Source of the DNA: Candidatus Woesearchaeota archaeon
Lineage (GTDB): Archaea; Nanobdellota; Nanobdellia; SCGC-AAA011-G17; JAGVZF01
Direction of reading: 5' to 3'
Length of the DNA: 64,000 bases
Assembly (NCBI GenBank): GCA_018302785.1
Contig: JAGVZF010000012.1
Coordinates: 1,859 to 65,858, forward strand
Below, piece after piece: positions 33,645-41,893 of this stretch. The position numbers and the translations under genes were made by a program. Each line of letters starts with the position of its first letter. Position 1 is the stretch's first letter. The notes under the pieces are model-generated. The model was not told the DNA's origin and did no database searches. It saw only the letters and a list, made by a program, of their open reading frames with translations.

Positions 33645-33908
33645 TTATTTATCAAATTAGAGTAGTATCAATAAATTAATAACAAGATGGATTTCTAAAC
33701 CATATAATTTAGGGGGTTGTAAGAATGGAATTAGATATACAGTTAGTAGAAAAAGCTACAAGTGAAGTGCTATTGTCTTTACCATTATCTAGAGATTTTA
33801 ATTTGGAAATGTTTGGTATTGATACATTATTCTTTAGTAACAATAGTGTCGCTTGATACTATTTTCCTTTTTAATTTCATTTCTTTATTTTTATTTAATC
33901 AACAGCTT

Positions 33909-33915
33909 TTTAAAT
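33909..33915 (+). promoter_or_regulatory. TATA box (TTTAAAT) about 28 nt upstream of tRNA-Ala
   Basis: The same heptamer sits at about -27 to -29 of three other tRNA genes in the window. Confidence 0.5.
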
Positions 33916-33939
33916 TCTAGCTAAAAGCAATAATACTAT

Positions 33940-34040
33940 GGGCCGGTAGATCAGTCCGGAAATTGTTTGGACAATAGATCGCTCCCTCGGCATGGGAGAC
34001 TTTGCCCAAAAGGCCGTGGGTTCAAATCCCGCCCGGTCCA
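33940..34040 (+). tRNA. tRNA-Ala(GGC) candidate, 101 nt, with insertions in the D-loop and variable region
   Basis: Acceptor GGGCCGG/CCGGUCC gives a G3:U70 pair (Ala identity). Anticodon stem CUCCC/GGGAG, loop UCGGCAU. T arm GUGGG-UUCAAAU-CCCGC. The D-loop is 24 nt (33953-33976) and the variable region 17 nt (33999-34015); both are too long unless spliced. Confidence 0.6.
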
Positions 34041-34076
34041 TTTTTAAATATTAAATTAAAGATAGAAAAAGTAAAT

Positions 34077-35087
34077 TTATTTTTCTTTGTCGCCAACACA
34101 CAAAAATCTTGCTTCAAATATTTGAAGTTCTGCTAATGTGAAAATATTTGAATTTGAATTATATAAACTGTTAACATTAAGTTTAACCCATTTAGCAGAC
34201 GTTGGTGGAAAAAGTATTTCTTTTTTGCTTTGGAACCTATTTTGTAATTTTCCTTCATAAATTGTTCGCCAATAACCATTTTTTCCATTTGTAGAGTCTG
34301 TTGAAACTCCTATAGAATAGTCTGCTACATTCCTATTATCGTCTTTTGCTGCTGAATTTTGAACTAATGTGAACTTACTAATAACATATTCTTTGTCTAA
34401 TTGAATTGTTGCATACTGTGGCATACTTATTGGTGTAGAAGATTGTGTACCACAGCTCCATTGATTTTTAGGGTATGTTATATACCCATCAAATAGTTGT
34501 TTTGATGTTGCTGTAACTTCGTCATTAATTTGTAATGAACAAGATTCCATTGAATCAACAACTTTTAAAGCAATATTTTCTGGATTAAAATCATTAAATG
34601 TATAACCACAATATTTCCTAATATCTTCATGGTAATCAAAGTGTCTTTTATCATAAGGTTTACATATATTATTAATGCATGATGTTTTTAAATCTGAAGA
34701 GCTGGAACATTCTACATCTTGACAATTACTACATGTTTCTCCAGAATCTATGTTTCCATTTCCACATAAACTTAAAGTATCTTTTGGCTTTTGCTCTACT
34801 TTCTTTTGACATTTAAAGTTATTTCCACATTCATAACCTAATTGACAATCAAATGTAGATAAACATTCTACATTACATTTTCCCTTTACAAGACCTTCAT
34901 CTGATTTTACTTTACAACCTTCTGAAGAAGTTGTACAAGATATAAAATTAGAACCTGTGCATGATTCTGAAGAACATTCATCACTGCAAGACTTTTGAGT
35001 TTCATCAGGTTGTTGTTGTGCTTGTTGGCATGCAGATACAAAAAGGATTATACTTATTAAGAATACTAAGAATATGGATTTTTTCAT
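34077..35087 (-). CDS. Secreted Cys-rich protein with C-terminal F5/8 type C (discoidin)-like domain
   Basis: Signal peptide IFLVFLISIILFVSAC. About 30 Cys in the first 150 aa, including CGNGNIDSGETCSNCQDVEC. The C-terminus (…WVKLNVNS…FTLAELQIFE) is typical of discoidin-domain ends. Confidence 0.6.
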   Translation of the reverse strand: MKKSIFLVFLISIILFVSACQQAQQQPDETQKSCSDECSSESCTGSNFISCTTSSEGCKVKSDEGLVKGKCNVECLSTFDCQLGYECGNNFKCQKKVEQKPKDTLSLCGNGNIDSGETCSNCQDVECSSSSDLKTSCINNICKPYDKRHFDYHEDIRKYCGYTFNDFNPENIALKVVDSMESCSLQINDEVTATSKQLFDGYITYPKNQWSCGTQSSTPISMPQYATIQLDKEYVISKFTLVQNSAAKDDNRNVADYSIGVSTDSTNGKNGYWRTIYEGKLQNRFQSKKEILFPPTSAKWVKLNVNSLYNSNSNIFTLAELQIFEARFLCVGDKEK

Positions 35088-35160
35088 AAATTAGGCACCT
35101 CGATTTTATTAAATTTAAATTGTAATTTATAATTTATAAATCTTTCTAATTAAAATTAAT

Positions 35161-35176
35161 AAAAAGCTTTAAATAG
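35161..35176 (+). promoter_or_regulatory. BRE/TATA-like promoter (aaaaagctttaaatag)
   Basis: Best copy of the recurring motif. About 36 nt upstream of the ATG at 35212, which also has a gaggtga SD. Confidence 0.5.
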
Positions 35177-35211
35177 CAAGATAATATAGATTTAATAAAA
35201 GAGGTGATTTT

Positions 35212-35598
35212 ATGGTTAAATCAAGAAAGTCTAAGAATGTTCAAAAAAATAGGCCTATTGGTGCAACTATTGTTGCAATATATTACTTTATTGTTGGAAT
35301 TTTTGCTTTTATTGGAGGGATATTATTTTTAACTATAGGTAATATGTTTTTTAGCACTTTTGTTAAAATGCCATTTATGAATGTATTAGGCTCAGTTATT
35401 GGAATTGTGTCAATTATATTAGGTGTATTATATTTAATTATTGCTTATGGACTGTGGAAGTTAAATAAATGGGCACAAATAATAGCTACAATCTTTGCTA
35501 TTCTGGGGTTATTTGGAGGTCCTTTTGGCATTGTTTTAAGTATAGCAGTAATTTTATTGCTTTGGGTCCATAAAGAAACCAGATTAGCTTTTTCTTAA
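35212..35598 (+). CDS. Small integral membrane protein (4 predicted TM)
   Basis: Hydrophobic segments IGATIVAIYYFIVGIFAFIGGILFLTIG, LGSVIGIVSIILGVLYLIIAYGLW, IIATIFAILGLFGGPFGIVLSIAVILLLW. Confidence 0.6.
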   Translation: MVKSRKSKNVQKNRPIGATIVAIYYFIVGIFAFIGGILFLTIGNMFFSTFVKMPFMNVLGSVIGIVSIILGVLYLIIAYGLWKLNKWAQIIATIFAILGLFGGPFGIVLSIAVILLLWVHKETRLAFS

Positions 35599-35602
35599 TT
35601 TT

Positions 35603-36955
35603 TTATTTAAATGGATAATTGCCTGTAAAACAGGCATTGCAACTTTCTTTAGGACTCAAACCAATTGCTTTATACATACCTTCTACTGTTAAATAAAGTA
35701 AAGAATCTGCTCCAATAAAATCTCTAATTTCTTCAGTAGTTCTACCATGAGCTTTTAACTCTTCGTATGTCTTGTGATCTATGCCATATATACATGGATG
35801 TTCTATCCTAGAAGAAGCAATTCTAAGATGTATTTCTGTTGCGCCCCCTCCCCTTAATAAGTTAACTAAATATCTTGAAGCGTTGCCTCTAACTATACTA
35901 TCATCAATAAGTATTATTTTTTTATCTTTTACATATTCTGGAATAACTTCATACTTAGCTTCTAAAATTGATGCTCGTTTTTCTGGCTTTGCCATAAATC
36001 CTCTTGGATTAGACTGATAGTGTCTTCTAATAATTCCGGGTCTTAGAGGTAAATTTGTTTCTTCTGAATATCCAACTGCAGCTATATGAGCAGAATCTGG
36101 TGCATAAAGAACAGTACTTTCTGAGATGGTCATATTTTTTTCTCTTTCTTCTAAAGCTAGTTGTTGTCCAAGATTATGTCTTGCTTTAATTATATCAATG
36201 CCTGAAAACTGTCCTTTAGGAAAGTGAAAATAAATATGCTCAAATATACATGCTGCTTCTATTTTCTGAGGTAGTTGATGGCTTCTAATTTTATCATTAT
36301 TTACAAAGATTATTTCTCCCGCATTAAGTTCTCTGGTTTCTTGTACATTATTTGATGGCAATGAATTTTCTGATAAAGCAAAAACACCAAGATGATTTCT
36401 TGTAATAGAAAGCGGCTTTATTCCATATTGATCTCTTGCAAAAACTAATAATGGCTTTTTATTTTGAACAATTACGGCCATGCATAAACTCCAAGAAGGA
36501 TGTAATTCACTTAATCCGCTAATCACTTTTGCTTCAAGATTTGATCCTTGAGCTCTTGCAATAGCAAATGGAATGATATGAGAATCTGAATAATGACTTA
36601 ATATTTCATTTTCAAGATTCCATTGTTTAACTAAATCTCTAAACCCTACAATTTCTCCATTATGAGCAATTATGTAAGTTACATTATCTATTGTTTTAAC
36701 AATTGGTTGAATATTTTCAGGAACTAGAGCTCCTTGAGTTGGATATCTTACTTGACCTACTGCAATTCTTGCAGTACTAAGTTTATCATCATCTTTAAGG
36801 ACTTCGTTAACAAGGCCCTTAGCTTTTATTAGACTTGGATTACCAGGATGTACAAATAAACCTGCTCCTTCTTGCCCCCTGTGATTAATCCTAGTCAATA
36901 AGGCTCTTGAAACTAAGTAAGCATTCTCTCCAGACACCGCACAAATACCACACAT
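35603..36955 (-). CDS. purF: Amidophosphoribosyltransferase (PurF)
   Basis: N-terminal MCGI catalytic Cys, HRGQEGAG, PRTase motif IILIDDSIVRGNA, C-terminal Cys residues. Confidence 0.9.
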   Translation of the reverse strand: MCGICAVSGENAYLVSRALLTRINHRGQEGAGLFVHPGNPSLIKAKGLVNEVLKDDDKLSTARIAVGQVRYPTQGALVPENIQPIVKTIDNVTYIIAHNGEIVGFRDLVKQWNLENEILSHYSDSHIIPFAIARAQGSNLEAKVISGLSELHPSWSLCMAVIVQNKKPLLVFARDQYGIKPLSITRNHLGVFALSENSLPSNNVQETRELNAGEIIFVNNDKIRSHQLPQKIEAACIFEHIYFHFPKGQFSGIDIIKARHNLGQQLALEEREKNMTISESTVLYAPDSAHIAAVGYSEETNLPLRPGIIRRHYQSNPRGFMAKPEKRASILEAKYEVIPEYVKDKKIILIDDSIVRGNASRYLVNLLRGGGATEIHLRIASSRIEHPCIYGIDHKTYEELKAHGRTTEEIRDFIGADSLLYLTVEGMYKAIGLSPKESCNACFTGNYPFK

Positions 36956-36986
36956 TTGGCACCACTTTTGCTAAACTTCATAAAAA

Positions 36987-37092
36987 TAGCCCCGCCAGGA
37001 TTCGAACCTGGGTCGCGAGCTAACTTCTAAATATTATCCAAAGGCTCGCATGCTTTCGGCGTTATAAAACATGGCCGCTACACTACGGGGCT
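36987..37092 (-). tRNA. tRNA-Gln(UUG), 106 nt, with two introns (D-loop 17 nt; anticodon loop 16 nt)
   Basis: Acceptor AGCCCCG/CGGGGCU+A (A1:U72, Gln-like). Anticodon stem CGAGC/GCUCG, loop CUUUGG|16 nt (37022-37037)|A. Removing tgttttataacgccgaa (37055-37071) gives the D-loop AGCGGCCAA. The result is a 73-nt molecule colinear with the intronless tRNA-Gln at 63885-63957. Confidence 0.75.
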
Positions 37093-37117
37093 ATAGTATT
37101 TTAAGTTATAATATAAT

Positions 37118-37124
37118 ATTTAAA
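37118..37124 (-). promoter_or_regulatory. TATA box (TTTAAAT on the minus strand) about 29 nt upstream of tRNA-Gln(UUG)
   Basis: Plus strand reads atttaaa. Same box and spacing as the other tRNA genes. Confidence 0.5.
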
Positions 37125-37196
37125 GTTAATGTTGCTTAAAAACTTAAATTTTCTATCAGAAAGAATTAAATACCCTAAAATTAGGCTTTTTTCGAT

Positions 37197-38996
37197 ATGG
37201 AACAATATGTAGTTGACACAAGCGTAATTATAGAGAAAATTGTCTCTAAATTAGTAAAAAAGAAAGAAATAGAAGGTACTATTATAGTTCCAAATGCTGT
37301 TGTAGCGGAATTAGAAGCTCAAGCAAATAGAGGCTTAGAAATAGGATTAATTGGCTTAGAAGAATTAGAAGAACTTCAAAATTTACATAAAGAAAATGTA
37401 ATTGAGATTAAATTTGTAGGAGCTAGGCCTACACCTAGTCAAATTGCTTATGCTAAATCTGGAGAAATTGATGCTTTAATAAGAGAAATTGCATATAATG
37501 AAAATGCTACTTTAATTACAGCAGATAGAGTTCAAAAACTATCTGCAAAAGTATTTGGAATTAATGTAAAGTTTATAGAAACTAGAGCTTTAAAGACTAA
37601 ATTAGAAATTGAAAAGTTATTTGATGAAACTACAATGAGTGTTCATTTAAAAGAAGATTCTTTGGCTTATGCTAAAAAAGGAAGTCCTGGGAATTGGAAA
37701 CTGGAAAAAATTAGTGAAAAAGAATTTTCAAATCAACAAATTCAAGATATGGCAAAAGAAATTGTTGAAGCTACTAAACTTGATCCTAAGAGTTTTATTG
37801 AAATTTCTAGACCAGGATCTACTATTGTTCAATATAAAAATCATAGAATTGTAATTGTAAAACCTCCATTAAGTGATGGATGGGAAATTACTGCAGTAAA
37901 GCCAATTAAAAGATTAAGTTTAGAAGATTATAAATTACCTGATGAAATCATTGATAAAATTAAAAATAAGGCAAGAGGTATTGTAATAGCTGGAGAAACT
38001 GGAAGTGGAAAGAGTACATTTGGCCGCGGGTTAGCAGAATTTTTTGTAAAACAGGGAAAGATAACTAAGACTATCGAAAGTCCTAGAGATTTAGATTTAC
38101 CTAATGAGATTACACAATATGGAAAGAATTTTGCAAGTAGTGAAGAAATACATGATATTATTTTGTTATCAAGACCAGATAATATTTTATTTGATGAAAT
38201 GAGAGATACTCCTGATTTTAAATTATATACTGATTTAAGATTAGCAGGAAGTAATTTAGTAGGAGTTTTACATGCAGCAACCCCAATAGATGCTGTACAA
38301 AGATTTATTGGAAGATTAGATGTTGGGATGATTCCTAGTGTTTTAGATACAATAATTTTTATTGAAAAAGGAACTATTGAAAAATTGTTAACTTTAAGAA
38401 TGATTGTGAAAGTTCCAAGTGGAATGACAGAAGCAGATTTAGCAAGACCTATTGTTGAAGTTAGTGATTTTATGACATCTAAAGTTTTATATGAAATTTA
38501 TAGTTATGGAGAAGAAACTGTTGTAATTCCATTAATAGAGGAAAAACAAAGTCCTACTAAATTATTAGCTGAAAAACAATTAAGACAGCAAATGCTAAAA
38601 TATTGTGATGATGCAGAAGTTTCAATGATTTCTGATAATAAAGCTGCTATTTACGTTCCAGAAAGAGATATTCCTAGAATTATTGGAAAGCAAGGAGTCA
38701 TGATTGAAAAAATTGAAAAAGAATTAGGAATTTCTATTGATGTTAGAGAATTAAAAGATTTTACTGAGAAAAAGAAAGATATACACTATGAAATTAATGA
38801 GACTGGAAATTCTTTAATATTTACATTTTCTAAGAATTTTATTAATAATTTTGTTTCTATTTATATAGGAAATGAATTATTGTTTTCTGCTACAGTTGGA
38901 AAAAAAGCAGAGATTAAAGTAAATAAAAAAAGTGAAGTTGGAAGAAAACTTGGTTATGGAATTAATAAGAATTTAAATATTTTTGTGAAATTGTAG
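37197..38996 (+). CDS. PIN-domain / P-loop ATPase (PilT-like) / KH-domain protein
   Basis: N-terminal PIN (VVDTSVIIE...LITADRVQ), Walker A GETGSGKST, Walker B ILFDEMRD, C-terminal KH (IPRIIGKQGVMIEKIEKELG). Confidence 0.8.
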   Translation: MEQYVVDTSVIIEKIVSKLVKKKEIEGTIIVPNAVVAELEAQANRGLEIGLIGLEELEELQNLHKENVIEIKFVGARPTPSQIAYAKSGEIDALIREIAYNENATLITADRVQKLSAKVFGINVKFIETRALKTKLEIEKLFDETTMSVHLKEDSLAYAKKGSPGNWKLEKISEKEFSNQQIQDMAKEIVEATKLDPKSFIEISRPGSTIVQYKNHRIVIVKPPLSDGWEITAVKPIKRLSLEDYKLPDEIIDKIKNKARGIVIAGETGSGKSTFGRGLAEFFVKQGKITKTIESPRDLDLPNEITQYGKNFASSEEIHDIILLSRPDNILFDEMRDTPDFKLYTDLRLAGSNLVGVLHAATPIDAVQRFIGRLDVGMIPSVLDTIIFIEKGTIEKLLTLRMIVKVPSGMTEADLARPIVEVSDFMTSKVLYEIYSYGEETVVIPLIEEKQSPTKLLAEKQLRQQMLKYCDDAEVSMISDNKAAIYVPERDIPRIIGKQGVMIEKIEKELGISIDVRELKDFTEKKKDIHYEINETGNSLIFTFSKNFINNFVSIYIGNELLFSATVGKKAEIKVNKKSEVGRKLGYGINKNLNIFVKL

Positions 38997-40115
38997 ATGA
39001 ATATTATAGTTTTTACTAGGAATAAAATCTTTGGATTTTTTTATAAATTTATTTTTAAAAATATATTCTTTTTATTTGATGCTGAAGAAGTTCATGATTT
39101 CATTATAAAATTTGGAAAGTTTTTAGGATCAAATTCTGTTACAAGATTTAAAACAAGATTATTATTTAATTTTGAAGATAAAAGATTAGAACAAAATATC
39201 TTAGGAATTAATTTTAAGAACCCTGTTGGATTAGCAGCAGGATTTGATAAAAATGGATATTTAATAGATATAATGCCTAATGTTGGATTTGGTTTTATGG
39301 AAATTGGTTCTATAACTGGTGAAAGATGCGAAGGTAATAAAAAGCCAAGATTATGGAGATTAAAAAAGTCAAAAGCTCTTGTTGTAAATTATGGATTAAC
39401 AAATAATGGTTGTGAAGAAATTTCAGATAGATTAAAAAATAAGGAATTTAAAATTCCACTTGGAGTAAGTATTGCTAAAACAAATTCTAAAGAATGTGCA
39501 GATACTATTAAAGGAATAAAAGATTATGTAAAGACTACTAAAAAATTTTCTAATATAGGAGACTATTTTGCAATAAACATAAGTTGTCCTAATGCTTTTG
39601 GAGGCCAACCATTTCATGAAAAAGATAAATTAAATTTACTTTTAAATGAAATTGATAAAGTAAAAACTAAAAAGCCTATTTTCTTAAAGATTTCTTGTGA
39701 TTTAAATTTTAAAGAAGTTGATGATATAATTAGTATTTCTAATAAACATAAAGTTAATGGGTTTATTCTAACAAATTTAACTAAGAAAAGAGATAATAAA
39801 AATATACTAGACAAAAACATTCCTGAAAAAGGAGGTATAAGCGGGAAAGTTGTTGAGGATTTAAGTAATAAAATGATAGAATATGTTTATAAAAAGACTA
39901 AAGGGAAATATGTAATTATTGGTGTTGGGGGAATTTCTTCAGCTGAAGATGCTTATAAGAAAATTAGATTAGGTGCTTCTTTAGTTCAATTAATTACTGG
40001 AATGATCTATGAAGGACCTCAGTTAATAAGTGAAATAAATTGTGGCTTAGTGAGATTATTAAAAAAAGATGGTTTTAAGAATATTAGCGAGGCTGTTGGT
40101 GCCGATTCCAAATAA
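38997..40115 (+). CDS. pyrD: Dihydroorotate dehydrogenase, class 2 (quinone)-like
   Basis: LGINFKNPVGLAAGFDKNG, INISCPN, GGISGK, IIGVGGISSAEDAYKKIRLGASLVQL. N-terminal hydrophobic extension. Confidence 0.85.
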   Translation: MNIIVFTRNKIFGFFYKFIFKNIFFLFDAEEVHDFIIKFGKFLGSNSVTRFKTRLLFNFEDKRLEQNILGINFKNPVGLAAGFDKNGYLIDIMPNVGFGFMEIGSITGERCEGNKKPRLWRLKKSKALVVNYGLTNNGCEEISDRLKNKEFKIPLGVSIAKTNSKECADTIKGIKDYVKTTKKFSNIGDYFAINISCPNAFGGQPFHEKDKLNLLLNEIDKVKTKKPIFLKISCDLNFKEVDDIISISNKHKVNGFILTNLTKKRDNKNILDKNIPEKGGISGKVVEDLSNKMIEYVYKKTKGKYVIIGVGGISSAEDAYKKIRLGASLVQLITGMIYEGPQLISEINCGLVRLLKKDGFKNISEAVGADSK

Positions 40116-40148
40116 ATTATTAAATTTACTAAATAGATTCTTTAGAAT

Positions 40149-40165
40149 AGAAAGCTTTTTAACTA
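40149..40165 (+). promoter_or_regulatory. BRE/TATA-like promoter (agaaagctttttaacta)
   Basis: About 30 nt upstream of the ATG at 40188, implying a leaderless dacZ mRNA. Confidence 0.45.
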
Positions 40166-40187
40166 GAAAAAAGAAAAGTTGCAGGCC

Positions 40188-41021
40188 ATGAATAATATTC
40201 AGAAATCAATAGGCTTGGCAGCAGCTAAAATTGCGGAAGATATTGATGCAGATTGTATTGTTTCTGTGGAAAGAGTTTTAAGTGAAAAATATAATATTGA
40301 TGATCCTGAAATTGAAGTTAAAGTTAGTTTTTTTAGAAAATTTAAGAAAGGGGTTTATAGGAAAACTGAATATAATAAAAAATTAAGGGGTTTAGATCAA
40401 GAAACTGTTGCTTACCTTAAGGAATTTTTAATGGATGGAGTTAATAAAGATTATATTAAGAAAGGAGATAGAGTTATTTGTGTTTTAGATGAAGCTATTG
40501 GGAGCATTTTAAATGGATTATTAATAATTGATGTTGATAAATTGTTCTTTGATATGAGTACCCATAAAATTACTCAGAATGTTACTCCAGGAGTTATTGA
40601 AGCTATTTTAAGTATTTCTAAAGAACTATGTAGTGAGGGAAGAGAAGGTAAAAAAATAGGAACTACTTTTATTATTGGAAAAAGAGAAGATGTAGTTAAG
40701 TATACAAAACAATTAATTATAAATCCATTTACAGGGTATAGTGATGATATGAGAAATATAATGGATCCAAATTTAAGAGAAACCATTAAAGAATTTGCTT
40801 TACTTGATGGTGCTTTTATTATAGATAATGATGGAACTATTGTAACTGCTGGAGCTTATATTACTGCTAATTCTGAAAATATTGAAATTCCTAATGGTTT
40901 TGGGACCAGACATAGAAGTGCTGCAGCTTTAACTAAGGAAGCTGATGCCATTGCTATAGTTGTTTCTGAAAGTAATAGCATAAGAGTTCTTAAAGATGGA
41001 AAGATTATTATGAGGATTTAG
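40188..41021 (+). CDS. dacZ: Diadenylate cyclase (DisA_N/DAC domain; archaeal DacZ-like)
   Basis: DAC motifs DGAFIIDNDGTIVTAGAYI and GTRHRSAAALT...AIVVSESNSIRVLKDG. The track start at 40179 is a TTG; ATG is at 40188. Confidence 0.8.
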   Translation: MNNIQKSIGLAAAKIAEDIDADCIVSVERVLSEKYNIDDPEIEVKVSFFRKFKKGVYRKTEYNKKLRGLDQETVAYLKEFLMDGVNKDYIKKGDRVICVLDEAIGSILNGLLIIDVDKLFFDMSTHKITQNVTPGVIEAILSISKELCSEGREGKKIGTTFIIGKREDVVKYTKQLIINPFTGYSDDMRNIMDPNLRETIKEFALLDGAFIIDNDGTIVTAGAYITANSENIEIPNGFGTRHRSAAALTKEADAIAIVVSESNSIRVLKDGKIIMRI

Positions 41022-41192
41022 ATTGCTAGAAATGATATAAACTTACTTAAGTCCTAATTATTTGAGTTTAATATGGTTAAAAAGAAACGAAAGAAAAGAC
41101 TAGATGGTTTTGGAGTAGCAAACGGTGCTAAGCCTTTTAAAGAAGACGAAATAATTTTTTCTGATTTTGATAATTAGAATAAACATAAACTT

Positions 41193-41199
41193 TTTAAAT
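41193..41199 (+). promoter_or_regulatory. TATA box (TTTAAAT) about 27 nt upstream of tRNA-Arg
   Basis: Direct reading; shared tRNA promoter box. Confidence 0.5.
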
Positions 41200-41222
41200 T
41201 TAATATACAATTTAGTTCTCAA

Positions 41223-41327
41223 GAGCCTGTAGCGCAGCTTGGATAGCGCAAACAGCTAAAACTGGCGTTACTGCCTCCTAAAGCTGAAGCAAGCAGTAGG
41301 TCCTGGGTTCAAATCCCAGCAGGCTCG
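41223..41327 (+). tRNA. tRNA-Arg(CCU) candidate, 105 nt, with two insertions (about 19 nt at the 26/27 junction; 11 nt in the anticodon loop)
   Basis: Acceptor GAGCCUG/CAGGCUC+G. D arm GCGC-AGCUUGGAUA-GCGC. 20 nt (41250-41269) precede the anticodon stem ACUGC/GCAGU. Loop region ctcctaaagctgaagcaa (41275-41292) gives CUCCUAA after removing 11 nt. Variable loop AGGUC. T arm CUGGG-UUCAAAU-CCCAG. Confidence 0.65.
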
Positions 41328-41398
41328 TTTACACTTAGAATTACTTGGTTTAACTCCTCGTGGGTCCATTCCCAGAATATAAATCTTTTTAACTTTCA

Positions 41399-41893
41399 AT
41401 GAATCAATTTAATAAAATGAAAAAATCAAAATTAGCCGTTAAGGTGCATGAGGGAAAAATTGCCGAGCTTGCAAAGAAAACTGATCACAAGACTCTGGTA
41501 ACATGGGCTCTAGATTGCGCTGAGCGGGTATTGCCTTATTTTGAGAGTAAATATCCAAAAGATGACCGTCCCAGAGTAGCAATTGAAACAGGACGAGCTT
41601 GGGCCAAGACAGGAGTATTCAGAATGGCAGTTATACGCAAGGCTTCACTTGATTCTCACTCTGCAGCTCGGGATGTGAAAGATGATGATATAGCTCGCTC
41701 AGCTGCCCGTTCTGCAGGGCAAGCAGTGGCAACAGCACATGTCTCAACACATGCTCTCGCTGCTGCAGTCTATGCAGCCACTGCTGTTCGTGATGCTACT
41801 CTTCCAGTCAATGCTAATGCTGCTATAACCAAAGAACGAGAGTGGCAATATCAGTATTTAATAAAACTTGGAAAAAGGTGTCAAACAAGCTGA
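41399..41893 (+). CDS. Imm5-like putative immunity protein; GC-rich, probably horizontally acquired
   Basis: Pattern TWALDCAERVLPYFE...DDRPRVAIETGRAWAKTG...AARSAGQAVATAHVSTHALAAAVYAATAV resembles bacterial Imm-5-like helical-repeat immunity proteins (from memory). I count 35 G+C in 41701-41760, versus 14 in 42001-42060. Confidence 0.6.
   Translation: MNQFNKMKKSKLAVKVHEGKIAELAKKTDHKTLVTWALDCAERVLPYFESKYPKDDRPRVAIETGRAWAKTGVFRMAVIRKASLDSHSAARDVKDDDIARSAARSAGQAVATAHVSTHALAAAVYAATAVRDATLPVNANAAITKEREWQYQYLIKLGKRCQTS

Noticed and set aside
33725-33856. 43-aa ORF MELDIQLVEKATSEVLLSLPLSRDFNLEMFGIDTLFFSNNSVA with an upstream gggggt
   Set aside because: No family is recognised and I cannot check conservation. 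It is not reported as a feature.
41073-41177. 34-aa ORF MVKKKRKKRLDGFGVANGAKPFKEDEIIFSDFDN between dacZ and tRNA-Arg
   Set aside because: There is no recognisable family, no clear SD or promoter box, and it is too short to support on sequence alone. It might be real (basic N-terminus, acidic C-terminus) but is left uncalled.
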